Assembly: GCA_963666345.1 (NCBI GenBank)
Contig: OY762721.1
Coordinates: 3,616,001-3,680,000, forward strand
Reading direction: 5' to 3'
Length of the DNA: 64,000 bases
DNA from: Desulfatiglandales bacterium
GTDB taxonomy: Bacteria > Desulfobacterota > DSM-4660 > Desulfatiglandales > Desulfatiglandaceae
Shown in pieces: positions 31,871-41,163 of this stretch. A model generated the notes under the pieces. It did not search any database and was not told where the DNA came from. It saw only the letters and a program-made list of their open reading frames with translations. Position 1 is the first letter of the stretch; each line of letters opens with the position of its first letter. A program made the position numbers and the translations under genes.

Positions 31871-31977
31871 AACGTAAAAAAGTCTTTAAGAACCTTTGAT
31901 ACTGCAATTGAAAAGCCGTAATATTTTTGCGATTATGCAGAATAAAGATAATTTATAGCGAGAACTCTAAAAAATGG

Positions 31978-32164
31978 ATGGCTAAAGGAAAGCTGAAACT
32001 GGGAAGATGTCTTGATTTCAGGTTTTGGTAGGTTTGCAGTTAAGGAAAAGCGCCCTAGAAAGGGGAGAAACCCTGCCACAGGCAAATCCATAATGCTTGA
32101 TGGCAGAAGAGTAGTTAGTTTTAAGTGCTCCAGTGTCTTGAAAGAAAAGCTTAATAGGCTATAA
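31978..32164 (+). pseudogene. IHF/HU DNA-binding protein remnant
   Basis: From 32003 reads EDVLISGFGRFAVKEKRPRKGRNPATGKSIMLDGRRVVSFK; N-terminal helices missing or frameshifted; not in the ORF track. Confidence 0.75.
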
Positions 32165-32678
32165 CTCGCTTAACATATCTTTATAGTTGATCCATATGCG
32201 GGATAATGAGGTTTTGTCCCATATAAAACCACTCGATTTTTTCTTCTCGCAAGGCCTTTATTCATAATTTCAAGACTAAAAACATGCGACTGATGCTTTA
32301 AAATACCAGTTTACGGTTAAAAATGTGATGATTCATGCATCTTTTTCACAGTTTCTCACTCAAAACCGCCTGATTGATCGTAAAAACACCCTTCTGTGAG
32401 AAAACTTCAAAACTATTAATATCAGGGACCTGGACCTGCCTAAAGAATTACTGTTTTTTGTACTTGATAAGTCATTTTGTCAGGTCAACTGATCAATCTT
32501 TCCCAACAACTCATGGATAAACCAATTGAAGCAGGTAGTTGAAGAAATATCAAAATAGTTTATCATTGGTTTTTGCAGTTTAAATTATATTTTATTTACT
32601 ATAGCATGGGTATTAAGGCCTATAATTTACGCAGTTAAGAGCGCAGTTATGGCTGTCTAGTAAAAACGTTATTGGGAT

Positions 32679-32973
32679 CTAATGTTTCAAAAGACCTTGT
32701 AACTCCTTTATCCATTCCTTGAATGCCTGATCCTTCCCGTCCTTGTTCCAGCAGTTATGTTTCTTGATATTTACCTCTACCTTGGGCTCAAGGTCAGGGA
32801 AGTGGCCTTTGACAGTCTGACACATCACTTTTTTGGTCAGTTTGGCTACTTTTTTCAAATTATCTATAGGGCACTCAAAGACGAATGAGTCATGGAGTGG
32901 GACAATGATTGAAGCATTATATTTGGGGTACAACCGATATAATTTGTTCCCTGCCGATTTGAATATGGCCCCT
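32679..32973 (-). pseudogene. C-terminal remnant of a family A DNA polymerase
   Basis: AIFKSAGNKL..IIVPLHDSFVFE resembles PolA motif C (VHDE); the rest of the gene is absent. Confidence 0.6.
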
Positions 32974-33103
32974 AACCCCTACCGTACCTTTTGAAAACCC
33001 GATTCCTTTGAATTTCTTTTCTATTGATACATTGTGAAAAACCTCATATATATTACCCCCTATAATACATCTTTCAAATAAACCGACTTAAGTTGATATC
33101 TCT

Positions 33104-34561
33104 ATGAACTATCGTACTATCGCACATATATTAGGGACCCTGCTGATCGTAATCGGATGCTCAATGGTTTTTCCGGTGCTGTGTTCCATATATTACGATG
33201 AAGGAGATCTCAACTCGATCCTTTTTTCTGTGTTGATCTGCATTTCACTCGGTCTGGTTTTGCATCTGGTTTTTCAAAAAAGTCATGAGCTGGGGATCAA
33301 AGACGGGTTTTTTATTGCGTTTTTCGGATGGATTCTGGTCTCTTCAGTCTCCGGGCTTCCTTTTATGTTCCACGGTTCAATCCCTTCATTTACAGATGCG
33401 TTCTTTGAAATGATGTCCGGTTATACGACCAGCGGGGCCACAATACTGACCGACATCGAGATAGTACCCCACGGACTGATTTTTTGGCGCAGCCAGACGC
33501 ATCTGCTTGGAGGAATGGGATTTCTGACCCTGACCGTCATCTTCCTTCCCCATGGGATCGGCGGGCTTCACCTGTTTCGAGCCGAGTCCAGTCCGGGGCA
33601 GATCATCACGAAGGAAAAATTCAAGCCCCGCAATAAGGATACCATGGTCTGGCTGTGGGGGATCTATCTGTTCCTGAATCTTGCCGAGACAATTCTCCTG
33701 ATGCTTGGCGGGATGTCCCTTTTTGATTCATTGTGTCATTCGTTCGGAACCGTGTCCACTTCCGGGTATTCCCCTAAAAACGCAAGCATCGGTTTTTATG
33801 ACAGCGCCTACTTCGACTGGGTAATCATCCTGTTCATGTTCCTTGGCGGAATGACCTTCATGCTCTTTTATCACATCTGGAGGGGAGACTGGAAGACCCT
33901 GAAAAATAACACGGAATTCAGGTGGTATGTCGGTTTCCTGCTGTTTTTCTGCGGAGCTGTTTCATTGATCCTCTGGCAGAACAACACCTATGCCACTTTT
34001 GCCGATTCCTTGAGATACGGCACGTTCCAGGTCATGTCCCTTTTGACCACAACCGGTTTTACAAGCGCGGATTATGAGCTGTGGCCCCAGGCCGCCCAGA
34101 TGTTTCTGTTTGCAGTCTGCTTTGTAGGTGCGTGTGCCGGATCAACCACCAGCGGCATCAAGGTGGTCCACTATGTGTTGATCTGGAAATTCATGGTTGT
34201 GGCGGTAAAGAAGATCTTTTTGCAGCCCCTTTATGTGAAAGCGATAAAGCTGAACAAAAGACCTGTCAGTTCCTCAATCGTGGATCTTGCCATCTGTTAT
34301 TTTATCGTGAACATATTCATGGTGCTGGGCGGGGGCTGCTTCATGGTGCTTGTGGATAATATGGATTATCTTACGGCAATGAGCTCGGTAATAGCAACGC
34401 TCATGAATATCGGCCCCGGATTCGGTGCAGTGGGACCTTCTGAAAACTACGCATTCATATCTGACGCGGGCAAGTGGTTCCTGTCCTGGAACATGCTTGT
34501 GGGCAGGCTGGAAATGTTTTCCGCGTTAGTTATTTTTTATCCATCCTTTTGGAAGAGATAG
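33104..34561 (+). CDS. trkH: Trk potassium uptake membrane protein
   Basis: FFEMMSGYTTSGAT, VSTSGYS, TTTGF, GACAGSTTSGIK, NIGPG, GRLE. Confidence 0.92.
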   Translation: MNYRTIAHILGTLLIVIGCSMVFPVLCSIYYDEGDLNSILFSVLICISLGLVLHLVFQKSHELGIKDGFFIAFFGWILVSSVSGLPFMFHGSIPSFTDAFFEMMSGYTTSGATILTDIEIVPHGLIFWRSQTHLLGGMGFLTLTVIFLPHGIGGLHLFRAESSPGQIITKEKFKPRNKDTMVWLWGIYLFLNLAETILLMLGGMSLFDSLCHSFGTVSTSGYSPKNASIGFYDSAYFDWVIILFMFLGGMTFMLFYHIWRGDWKTLKNNTEFRWYVGFLLFFCGAVSLILWQNNTYATFADSLRYGTFQVMSLLTTTGFTSADYELWPQAAQMFLFAVCFVGACAGSTTSGIKVVHYVLIWKFMVVAVKKIFLQPLYVKAIKLNKRPVSSSIVDLAICYFIVNIFMVLGGGCFMVLVDNMDYLTAMSSVIATLMNIGPGFGAVGPSENYAFISDAGKWFLSWNMLVGRLEMFSALVIFYPSFWKR

Positions 34562-35977
34562 GCCTGTATCAGCCTCATAACCGGATCGGAAAAGCTCCCG
34601 AACCTTTTTCAGATAGGTGGAAGTGCAGACCGCGATAACCCGTTCACCTTCTTTGATATGGGTATCTCCCATTGCTATTTTCCAGTTCCCATCCCGAAAC
34701 AGGGCGCCGATAAGGATCTTCCCCATTGAAGAGATGTGCTGCCCGGAAAGAGGTGCGCCGGTAATCGGGGATTTCGGCTCAGCTACCAGCTCAACGACTT
34801 CCGTATCAAATCCATGGATGTGGGCCACGGAGATCAGTTCCCCCCGCTGGATGAATTTGAGTATCTGATCCCCTGCCAGGATCTTTTTGCTCAGGGCGAT
34901 ATCAGGGCCGATGGTTGAGGCCAGTACCAGATGGTCTTCCCGGTTAACCATGGCTATTGTCTTCGCTATATTGTGGTGGTCCTTTTTATTCATCCTTTTT
35001 TTTGCCAGCATGCAGATCAGGATATTGAATTGATTCTCCGCCGTGGTTGTCACAAAGGTATCCACATCCGCGAGTCCCGCCATGTCCAGGATATCCTCTT
35101 CCCTTCCGTCGCCATGAAGGATCTCTGTGTTTTCCAGCCTGTAGGAAAGCTCCTCGGCCCGCTTGAAATCTTTCTCAACCAGTTTCACCTCAACGGTTTT
35201 TTCCAGCAACTCAGCCACCCGGCTCCCAACCAGCCCTCCTCCCAGGATCATGACTCCACGGCGCCGGTTGTGCTTTTCTCCGGTAATTTCCATTAAAAGG
35301 GATTTATATTTATTGCGGGCCATTATGAGTACATGGTCCTGGGGAAGCAGTATGTCTTCTCCGCCTGGTACGATCGTATCGATCCCTCTGGTAACGGCAA
35401 CAACCCTGAAAGGCAGCCCCTCATGCATGCGGGAAATATCTTTCAGCTTTTTATGGGCAAGGGGGGAGTTTTCATGGATACGGGTAGCCATGACCTGAAG
35501 CTGTCCCTCGGCGATATCTATTATTTCATTTCCCGCCGTGCGTTTGATAAACCTTACAATCTCCTGGGCCGCCAGTTCTTCAGGGCGGATGATCAGATCG
35601 ATTTTTAAATCACTTGTGCTTAGTATGCCGGTGCCGTAGCCGAAATCCCGGGATCGAATACGGGCGATCTTGCGGGAAATGCCGAAGCGATCGGCGATCA
35701 TCGAAGATACTATGTTAACCGCGTCATTATCCGTCACGGCTATGAGGATGTCCACATCCCCTGCTTCGGCAGTCCTCCAGCAATCCACATCCATGGCGTC
35801 GCCCTTGATAAGCAGGGCATCGATATTTTCAGCCGCGTTGCTTAAGAGATCACCATCTGATTCTATGACGGTAATATTATATCCCTCATGGGACAGCCGC
35901 TTGGTCAGGTAGGAGCCTACTCCCCCAAGTCCCAGTATCAGGATATTCTCAGCCTTGTTGTCTTTTTTACCGAACAT
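34526..35977 (-). CDS. trkA: Trk potassium uptake NAD-binding subunit
   Basis: Two RCK_N (GLGGVG, GGGLVG) plus RCK_C repeats, AVTDNDAVN. Confidence 0.9.
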   Translation of the reverse strand: MFGKKDNKAENILILGLGGVGSYLTKRLSHEGYNITVIESDGDLLSNAAENIDALLIKGDAMDVDCWRTAEAGDVDILIAVTDNDAVNIVSSMIADRFGISRKIARIRSRDFGYGTGILSTSDLKIDLIIRPEELAAQEIVRFIKRTAGNEIIDIAEGQLQVMATRIHENSPLAHKKLKDISRMHEGLPFRVVAVTRGIDTIVPGGEDILLPQDHVLIMARNKYKSLLMEITGEKHNRRRGVMILGGGLVGSRVAELLEKTVEVKLVEKDFKRAEELSYRLENTEILHGDGREEDILDMAGLADVDTFVTTTAENQFNILICMLAKKRMNKKDHHNIAKTIAMVNREDHLVLASTIGPDIALSKKILAGDQILKFIQRGELISVAHIHGFDTEVVELVAEPKSPITGAPLSGQHISSMGKILIGALFRDGNWKIAMGDTHIKEGERVIAVCTSTYLKKVRELFRSGYEADTGLSLPKGWIKNN

Positions 35978-36257
35978 GGAAACTCCCGATTATTTAATAT
36001 TTGATCAGCTTATATAATATATATTAAACCAAATAGCCAAAATTTCTTTGACCAGGTTCAAAAGGGGCTATCTTCTTTATCGGTCGGGAAAATATGTGCC
36101 GGTCAAAAGACATATATGTCTGCGGCAATACTTGTGTAAGCAAAAGGGCTTTTGTGTTAGGATACAATTTCATTTGATAAGACTTATCAAAGAAGTAAAA
36201 ATATTCCGATTATAATTTTGGCTGAACCGGCCTGAGCCTAGTGAAAAGGAGCAGCGA

Positions 36258-37082
36258 ATGGGCTTTATTGTTGTTGATCAGGAAAAATGCAACCGCGACG
36301 GTATCTGTGTGGCCGAGTGCCCGGCTCATGTAATCCTTATGAACTCAAGGGAAGATTATCCGACTCCGGTCTCGGATTTTGAAGAATACTGTCTGAGATG
36401 CGGTCACTGTGTTGCCGTCTGCCCCACCGGAGCCGTCAGACTGGACTGGCTCAGGCCTGAAGACTGTGAAAAAATAAAAGGGGACCTGACAATAACACCG
36501 GAACAGGCCGGGCAGTTTCTGCGCGCAAGGCGTTCCATTAGGACCTTCAAGAAAAAGACTGTTGCGCGATCAATCCTGCGAAATCTCCTGGAGGTGGCCT
36601 GTTCAGCCCCTTCGGCCAAAAACAGTCAACCCTGGCATTGGGTTGTGGTTCAGGACCCATCAAAAGTTCAAGGGTTTGCGAATATTGCCATTGAATGGAT
36701 GCGAACGGTTGCCCGGGACAACCCGGAAGAGGCTGTGAACAGAGGGTTTACCCGTGCTGTGGCATACTGGGATGAAGGATATGACAGTATCTGCCGGGGT
36801 GCGCCTCATATCATAGTGGTTCATGGTGAAAGGGACTGGCTGTTCGGCCCTGAAGACAGCGCCCTGGCCTTGAGCCTGCTTGATTTGTACGCAGCAGGCA
36901 TCGGGCTTGGGGCCTGCTGGGGAGGGTATTTTTACAAGGCAGTAAACGCCTGTCCCCCATTGTTTGAGGCACTGGGTCTGCCGGATGACCACCAGGCGTA
37001 CGGGGCTATGATGGTGGGTTACCCGAAATTCAAATACCACCGTATTCCCAATCGCAACCGGCTTGAGGTCAGGTGGAAGTAA
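36258..37082 (+). CDS. nitroreductase family protein with 4Fe-4S domain (paralog of 5336-6160)
   Basis: CNRDGICVAECP, CLRCGHCVAVCP, RRSIRTF, APSAKN; also 274 aa. Confidence 0.88.
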   Translation: MGFIVVDQEKCNRDGICVAECPAHVILMNSREDYPTPVSDFEEYCLRCGHCVAVCPTGAVRLDWLRPEDCEKIKGDLTITPEQAGQFLRARRSIRTFKKKTVARSILRNLLEVACSAPSAKNSQPWHWVVVQDPSKVQGFANIAIEWMRTVARDNPEEAVNRGFTRAVAYWDEGYDSICRGAPHIIVVHGERDWLFGPEDSALALSLLDLYAAGIGLGACWGGYFYKAVNACPPLFEALGLPDDHQAYGAMMVGYPKFKYHRIPNRNRLEVRWK

Positions 37083-37467
37083 TTGTGCTGTCTGTAAAAG
37101 CTGATATTTTCAGCACATCAGATGAAATAAGCGGATTATCCGCAACCGAGTAGTCGAGATCCAGGAGGATTTAAAGGGGTCGAGGAACCGTCGAAGGATT
37201 TATGAATTTGAAGCTCTGGCGGAAGGCATGGAAACTCTGTTTAGAGATACATGGAATAACGGTAAAATTTCGAATAATAAAGGATAGGGCAGAGATGAAA
37301 AGGATTTCAAAAGCGGTGAAGTCTCAAGGAAAACAAACACCTGGTAAAATGAATCCTTGAACCCTTTCCTCCAGTTAAATTGGGAAAGAACCGATCTTCT
37401 TAATCTTTTCAGACAATTCAGATCCCTGTATAACATATCTCATTCACCGTGACCGGAGGCGCAAAAG

Positions 37468-38544
37468 ATGTATGCAGTTATAATGTCCGGGGGCTCAGGG
37501 ACCAGGTTCTGGCCCCTGAGCCGAAAGAAAACGCCCAAACAGTTTTTGAATATAACCGGCAAGGGCTCCCTGGTAGTGGAGACCTGTGACAGGCTCAAAG
37601 GCCTTTGCAGTGACACCGAAACTATCCTTGTCATGGGCAGGGGGCATCTTGATCAGGCGGAAAAGTTATTTAAAGACCGGGGCGTCCATATGATCGGTGA
37701 ACCGGTCGGACGGAATACCGGGCCCGCCATCGGGCTCGGGGCTATATACGCAAGACACCTCGGCCATGAAGGGGCGGTCGCCTTTCTGCCTGCAGATCAC
37801 TATATCGCCGATCCTTCCGCCTTTGTCGATGCGCTTAAAAGGGCGGGGGATATGGCCGAGTCAGGCGGAATAGTCACCCTGGGCATAGTGCCTGTGCGTC
37901 CTGAGACAGGCTACGGATATATCCGCAAAAAACGCGCTTCAGGCAGCCATGGAAAAGACGAGGCCTATCGGGTAGATAAATTTGTCGAAAAACCTGATCC
38001 TGGAACCGCACTCAGGTATCTTAAAAGCGGGGAATACTACTGGAACGCGGGGATCTTTGTTGCCACACCTGAGACGATACTGAAGGAAATAAGTGTTTGT
38101 ATCCCTGATCTTCACAAGGCGCTCATGCGCATCTGGGAGTTACTCGGTAGCCCCGGTTTTGAAGAGGAATTTCTCGAGATCTATGAGCGGATTGAGGCTG
38201 TCTCCTTTGACTACGGCGTCATGGAAAAGACAAAGGAGGATGTGTTTGTCATACCGTGTGAGTGCGGCTGGAGCGACGTGGGGTCCTGGAACTCCCTTTA
38301 TGAACTGAAGCAGGGGCATCATGACGCGGATAAAAACCTGGCCGATCAAGACACCCTGCTGATCGACTGCAGGGAAAATTTTATCTCGGCAAAGGGAGGC
38401 CGTTTCATAGCCTGCCTGGGGATAAAAAACTGCCTGGTGGTGGACACGGAAGATGTACTGCTGGTTGCCGATATAGATCGCAGCCAGGATATCAGGAAAG
38501 TCGTCGAGGAGCTTAAAAAGAGGGGCAGGGCCGAACTGCTGTGA
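37468..38544 (+). CDS. manC: mannose-1-phosphate guanylyltransferase
   Basis: GGSGTRFWPLSR..PKQF, EPVGRNT, PADH, PETGYGY, FVEKP, WNAGIF, WSDVGSW. Confidence 0.92.
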   Translation: MYAVIMSGGSGTRFWPLSRKKTPKQFLNITGKGSLVVETCDRLKGLCSDTETILVMGRGHLDQAEKLFKDRGVHMIGEPVGRNTGPAIGLGAIYARHLGHEGAVAFLPADHYIADPSAFVDALKRAGDMAESGGIVTLGIVPVRPETGYGYIRKKRASGSHGKDEAYRVDKFVEKPDPGTALRYLKSGEYYWNAGIFVATPETILKEISVCIPDLHKALMRIWELLGSPGFEEEFLEIYERIEAVSFDYGVMEKTKEDVFVIPCECGWSDVGSWNSLYELKQGHHDADKNLADQDTLLIDCRENFISAKGGRFIACLGIKNCLVVDTEDVLLVADIDRSQDIRKVVEELKKRGRAELL

Positions 38545-38652
38545 AAGATAGCGGTAATTCAGACGCCAAATTAAACCTTGGGGTTAGGGGCGGAATCCGA
38601 CTGAGCGGATAAGAATAAACCGGTTTTAAGAGGCCAATTCGAGGAGAAACGT

Positions 38653-39858
38653 GTGATCGGCATAAGCCTGATGGAAAATAGTGTAATGGAGTACGGCTGG
38701 GGCTCTCAAAGGGAGATCCAGGAGTTCCTGGGAATGCCTGATGAGGTTGGAAGATCCATGGCGGAGCTCTGGATGGGGGCACATCCTAAAGCGCCTTCAA
38801 AGGTTATGGTGAACGGGAAATGGAGGTCTCTTGAGCGGGTCATAAGCGAAGACCCTGAGACAGTCCTTGGAAGCGCGGTATCAGAGGGCTTTGGTGCCGC
38901 ATTGCCCTTTCTTTTCAAACTGCTTGCAATTGAAAGTCCTCTGTCAATTCAGGTGCATCCGGAGATGGGCAGGGCGGAACTGGGATATATGAGAGAAAAC
39001 AGAACCGGGATACCGCTGGGCGCGCCAGAGAGAAATTACAGAGATAAAAACCACAAGCATGAGATTATCTGTGCCCTTACCGATTTTTGCGGATTGATCG
39101 GGTTTAGGGAGATCAAAGAGATTATCGAACTTTTTGAAGAGGCATTCGCTTCTGTTCTGGATGCGGAACTGGCCATGCTCCGGGATTTGAAGGAACCAAA
39201 GGGCCTTGAGAAGTTTTTTACCTCCCTTATAAAAATGAAAGGAAAAAGTAAGGCCGGTATTCTGGGTATGGCCGGCGAGATTTCCGCAAAAAGGGGCGGA
39301 ACCGACCCTGCCTTTTTCTGGGTCAGACAACTTTGTGAAAAATTCCCCGGTGATACGGCGGCCCTTTTTCCGCTCATGCTTAATGTTGTCGAGCTTAAGC
39401 CGGGTGAGGCCGTCTATATCGCGCCAGGTGAGCTTCACGCCTATCTTAACGGTATGGGAATCGAACTGATGTCAAATTCGGACAATGTATTAAGGGGCGG
39501 TCTGACGAATAAACATGTGGATGTCGAGGAACTCCTGAAGATCGTGGATTTCAGGGAGCGGCCTGTTGACCGTATCGTGCCCTCTGTATTAGGGAAAGGC
39601 GAAATCCGGTATTCAACACCTGCAAAGGAGTTCCTCCTTTCAATCCTTACCATAAAAGAAAAAGGGATTTTCAGGAGCAGGCCGAATCAAGGTCCGGAAA
39701 TACTTTTGTGCACCGGGGGAAGTGCTGATATAAGAGATTCGAAAAATGGAGAGTGCCTGTCTCTTAAAAAAGGACAGGCCGCTTTTGTGCCCGCTTCGGT
39801 GTCACAATACGAAGTAGGGGGCGCGACCATCCTTTTCAGGGCATCTGTTCCCATATAA
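38653..39858 (+). CDS. manA: mannose-6-phosphate isomerase, class I
   Basis: YGWGS, AELWMGAHP, LSIQVHP, NYRDKNHK, HAYLNG, NSDNVLRGGLT. Confidence 0.92.
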   Translation: MIGISLMENSVMEYGWGSQREIQEFLGMPDEVGRSMAELWMGAHPKAPSKVMVNGKWRSLERVISEDPETVLGSAVSEGFGAALPFLFKLLAIESPLSIQVHPEMGRAELGYMRENRTGIPLGAPERNYRDKNHKHEIICALTDFCGLIGFREIKEIIELFEEAFASVLDAELAMLRDLKEPKGLEKFFTSLIKMKGKSKAGILGMAGEISAKRGGTDPAFFWVRQLCEKFPGDTAALFPLMLNVVELKPGEAVYIAPGELHAYLNGMGIELMSNSDNVLRGGLTNKHVDVEELLKIVDFRERPVDRIVPSVLGKGEIRYSTPAKEFLLSILTIKEKGIFRSRPNQGPEILLCTGGSADIRDSKNGECLSLKKGQAAFVPASVSQYEVGGATILFRASVPI

Positions 39859-40101
39859 GGCCCGTTTCATGAAGCGCCAGGGCATGGACTGAGTACCTTC
39901 CAGGGGTGAATCACTACCCGTTCAGCGGAGCCGGGTTTCTTTATCCCCTGAAGATGTCATTTAAACTTCCGGAAAATCCTGCAGGTCATTTTCGAAAACT
40001 TGAAAAAAATCTTTCAGTAATTATAAGTAATAGGGTGCTATTTTATAGCTGCTCCAACCTGTTTGATAAAATGATTGGCTGAATGAGCCGGGTAAGTGGT
40101 C

Positions 40102-40140
40102 AAAGTGACTAAAGTGACTAGAGTGACTAGAGTGACTAAA
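40102..40140 (+). repeat. 9-bp tandem repeat A(A/G)AGTGACT x4
   Basis: Directly visible; the same unit recurs at 57721-57778. Confidence 0.9.
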
Positions 40141-40191
40141 ATTGTGGGGTTATTTGCCTTTAGCTATTATATCTAATCCTGGGAGTCTTTA

Positions 40192-41133
40192 ATGAAGAAA
40201 TTTATGCTACCTATACTCATATGTCCATCCTGCCTGCCTGATGAAATCGAACCGGAATGCAGGGTCATTGAAGAGGAAGGTGATGATATAATTGAGGGGT
40301 CGCTTTACTGCCCCGGATGTAAAAGGTCTTACGAGATCAAGGAGGGAGTGGCGTTTCTGGATACTGCAAACCGTGAAGGAGAGACGGTTTCAGGTTCAAA
40401 ATATGAAGATGAATCAGTCCTTTCATCCTATCTCTGGAGTCACTATTGCGATATCCTGAAAGACCCTGATGAGTCCGAGGCCTACAGGCAGTGGTCGGAA
40501 CTTGTCAGGAGCGGTTCAGGAGTATCCCTTGACGCGGGATGCGCCGTGGGGCGCTTTACCTTTGAAATGGCCCTTAAAAGTGAATTTTCAATAGGCATTG
40601 ACAACTCGATGAGTTTTATCAGGGCATCACGGGAACTCATGAAAAAAAGACGCATGACCCTGAGGCTCAAGCAGGAGGGAATGATTGAAAAATATGAGGA
40701 GTTAGCCCTTCCGGAGACATGGAACTTTGATAATGTTGAATTCATTGTGGGAGATGCTCAGGCCCTTCCAATAAGGTCTGAAAGCATATCCAGTTTCGGT
40801 TGCCTCAACCTGGTTGACAAACTCCCTGCCCCTGTCAGGCATATCGAGGAGATGAACCGTATGACAAAGAAAAGGCAGGCCCAGTTTCTCCTGTCCGATC
40901 CTTTTTCCTGGTCAACGGATGTGGCGGAACAAAAGGCGTGGCTGGGGGGTACTGATAAGGGCCCTTATGCGGGCAGGGGGATGGAAAACATCGTGAAGCT
41001 CCTGAAGGGCGAAAAGGGCGACCTTTCACCTGTATGGGACATTGAAGAGCAGGGGCATGTCTGGTGGAAGATCAGGACCCATTCAAACCACTTCGAACTT
41101 ATCAGAAGCTGTTTTATAAAAGCCGCAAGATAA
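40192..41133 (+). CDS. class I SAM-dependent methyltransferase-like protein with Trm112-like Zn-knuckle
   Basis: LICPSC..LYCPGC..YEIKEGV N-terminus; LDAGCAVGR, GIDNS, FIVGDAQALP. Confidence 0.75.
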   Translation: MKKFMLPILICPSCLPDEIEPECRVIEEEGDDIIEGSLYCPGCKRSYEIKEGVAFLDTANREGETVSGSKYEDESVLSSYLWSHYCDILKDPDESEAYRQWSELVRSGSGVSLDAGCAVGRFTFEMALKSEFSIGIDNSMSFIRASRELMKKRRMTLRLKQEGMIEKYEELALPETWNFDNVEFIVGDAQALPIRSESISSFGCLNLVDKLPAPVRHIEEMNRMTKKRQAQFLLSDPFSWSTDVAEQKAWLGGTDKGPYAGRGMENIVKLLKGEKGDLSPVWDIEEQGHVWWKIRTHSNHFELIRSCFIKAAR

Positions 41134-41163
41134 TAACATTCCATTTAAAGACAAGAGGTTCCC

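Noticed and set aside
14858..32975. Shared TTAGGGGC just before two 5'-truncated gene remnants
   Set aside because: An 8-bp match without further similarity is compatible with chance
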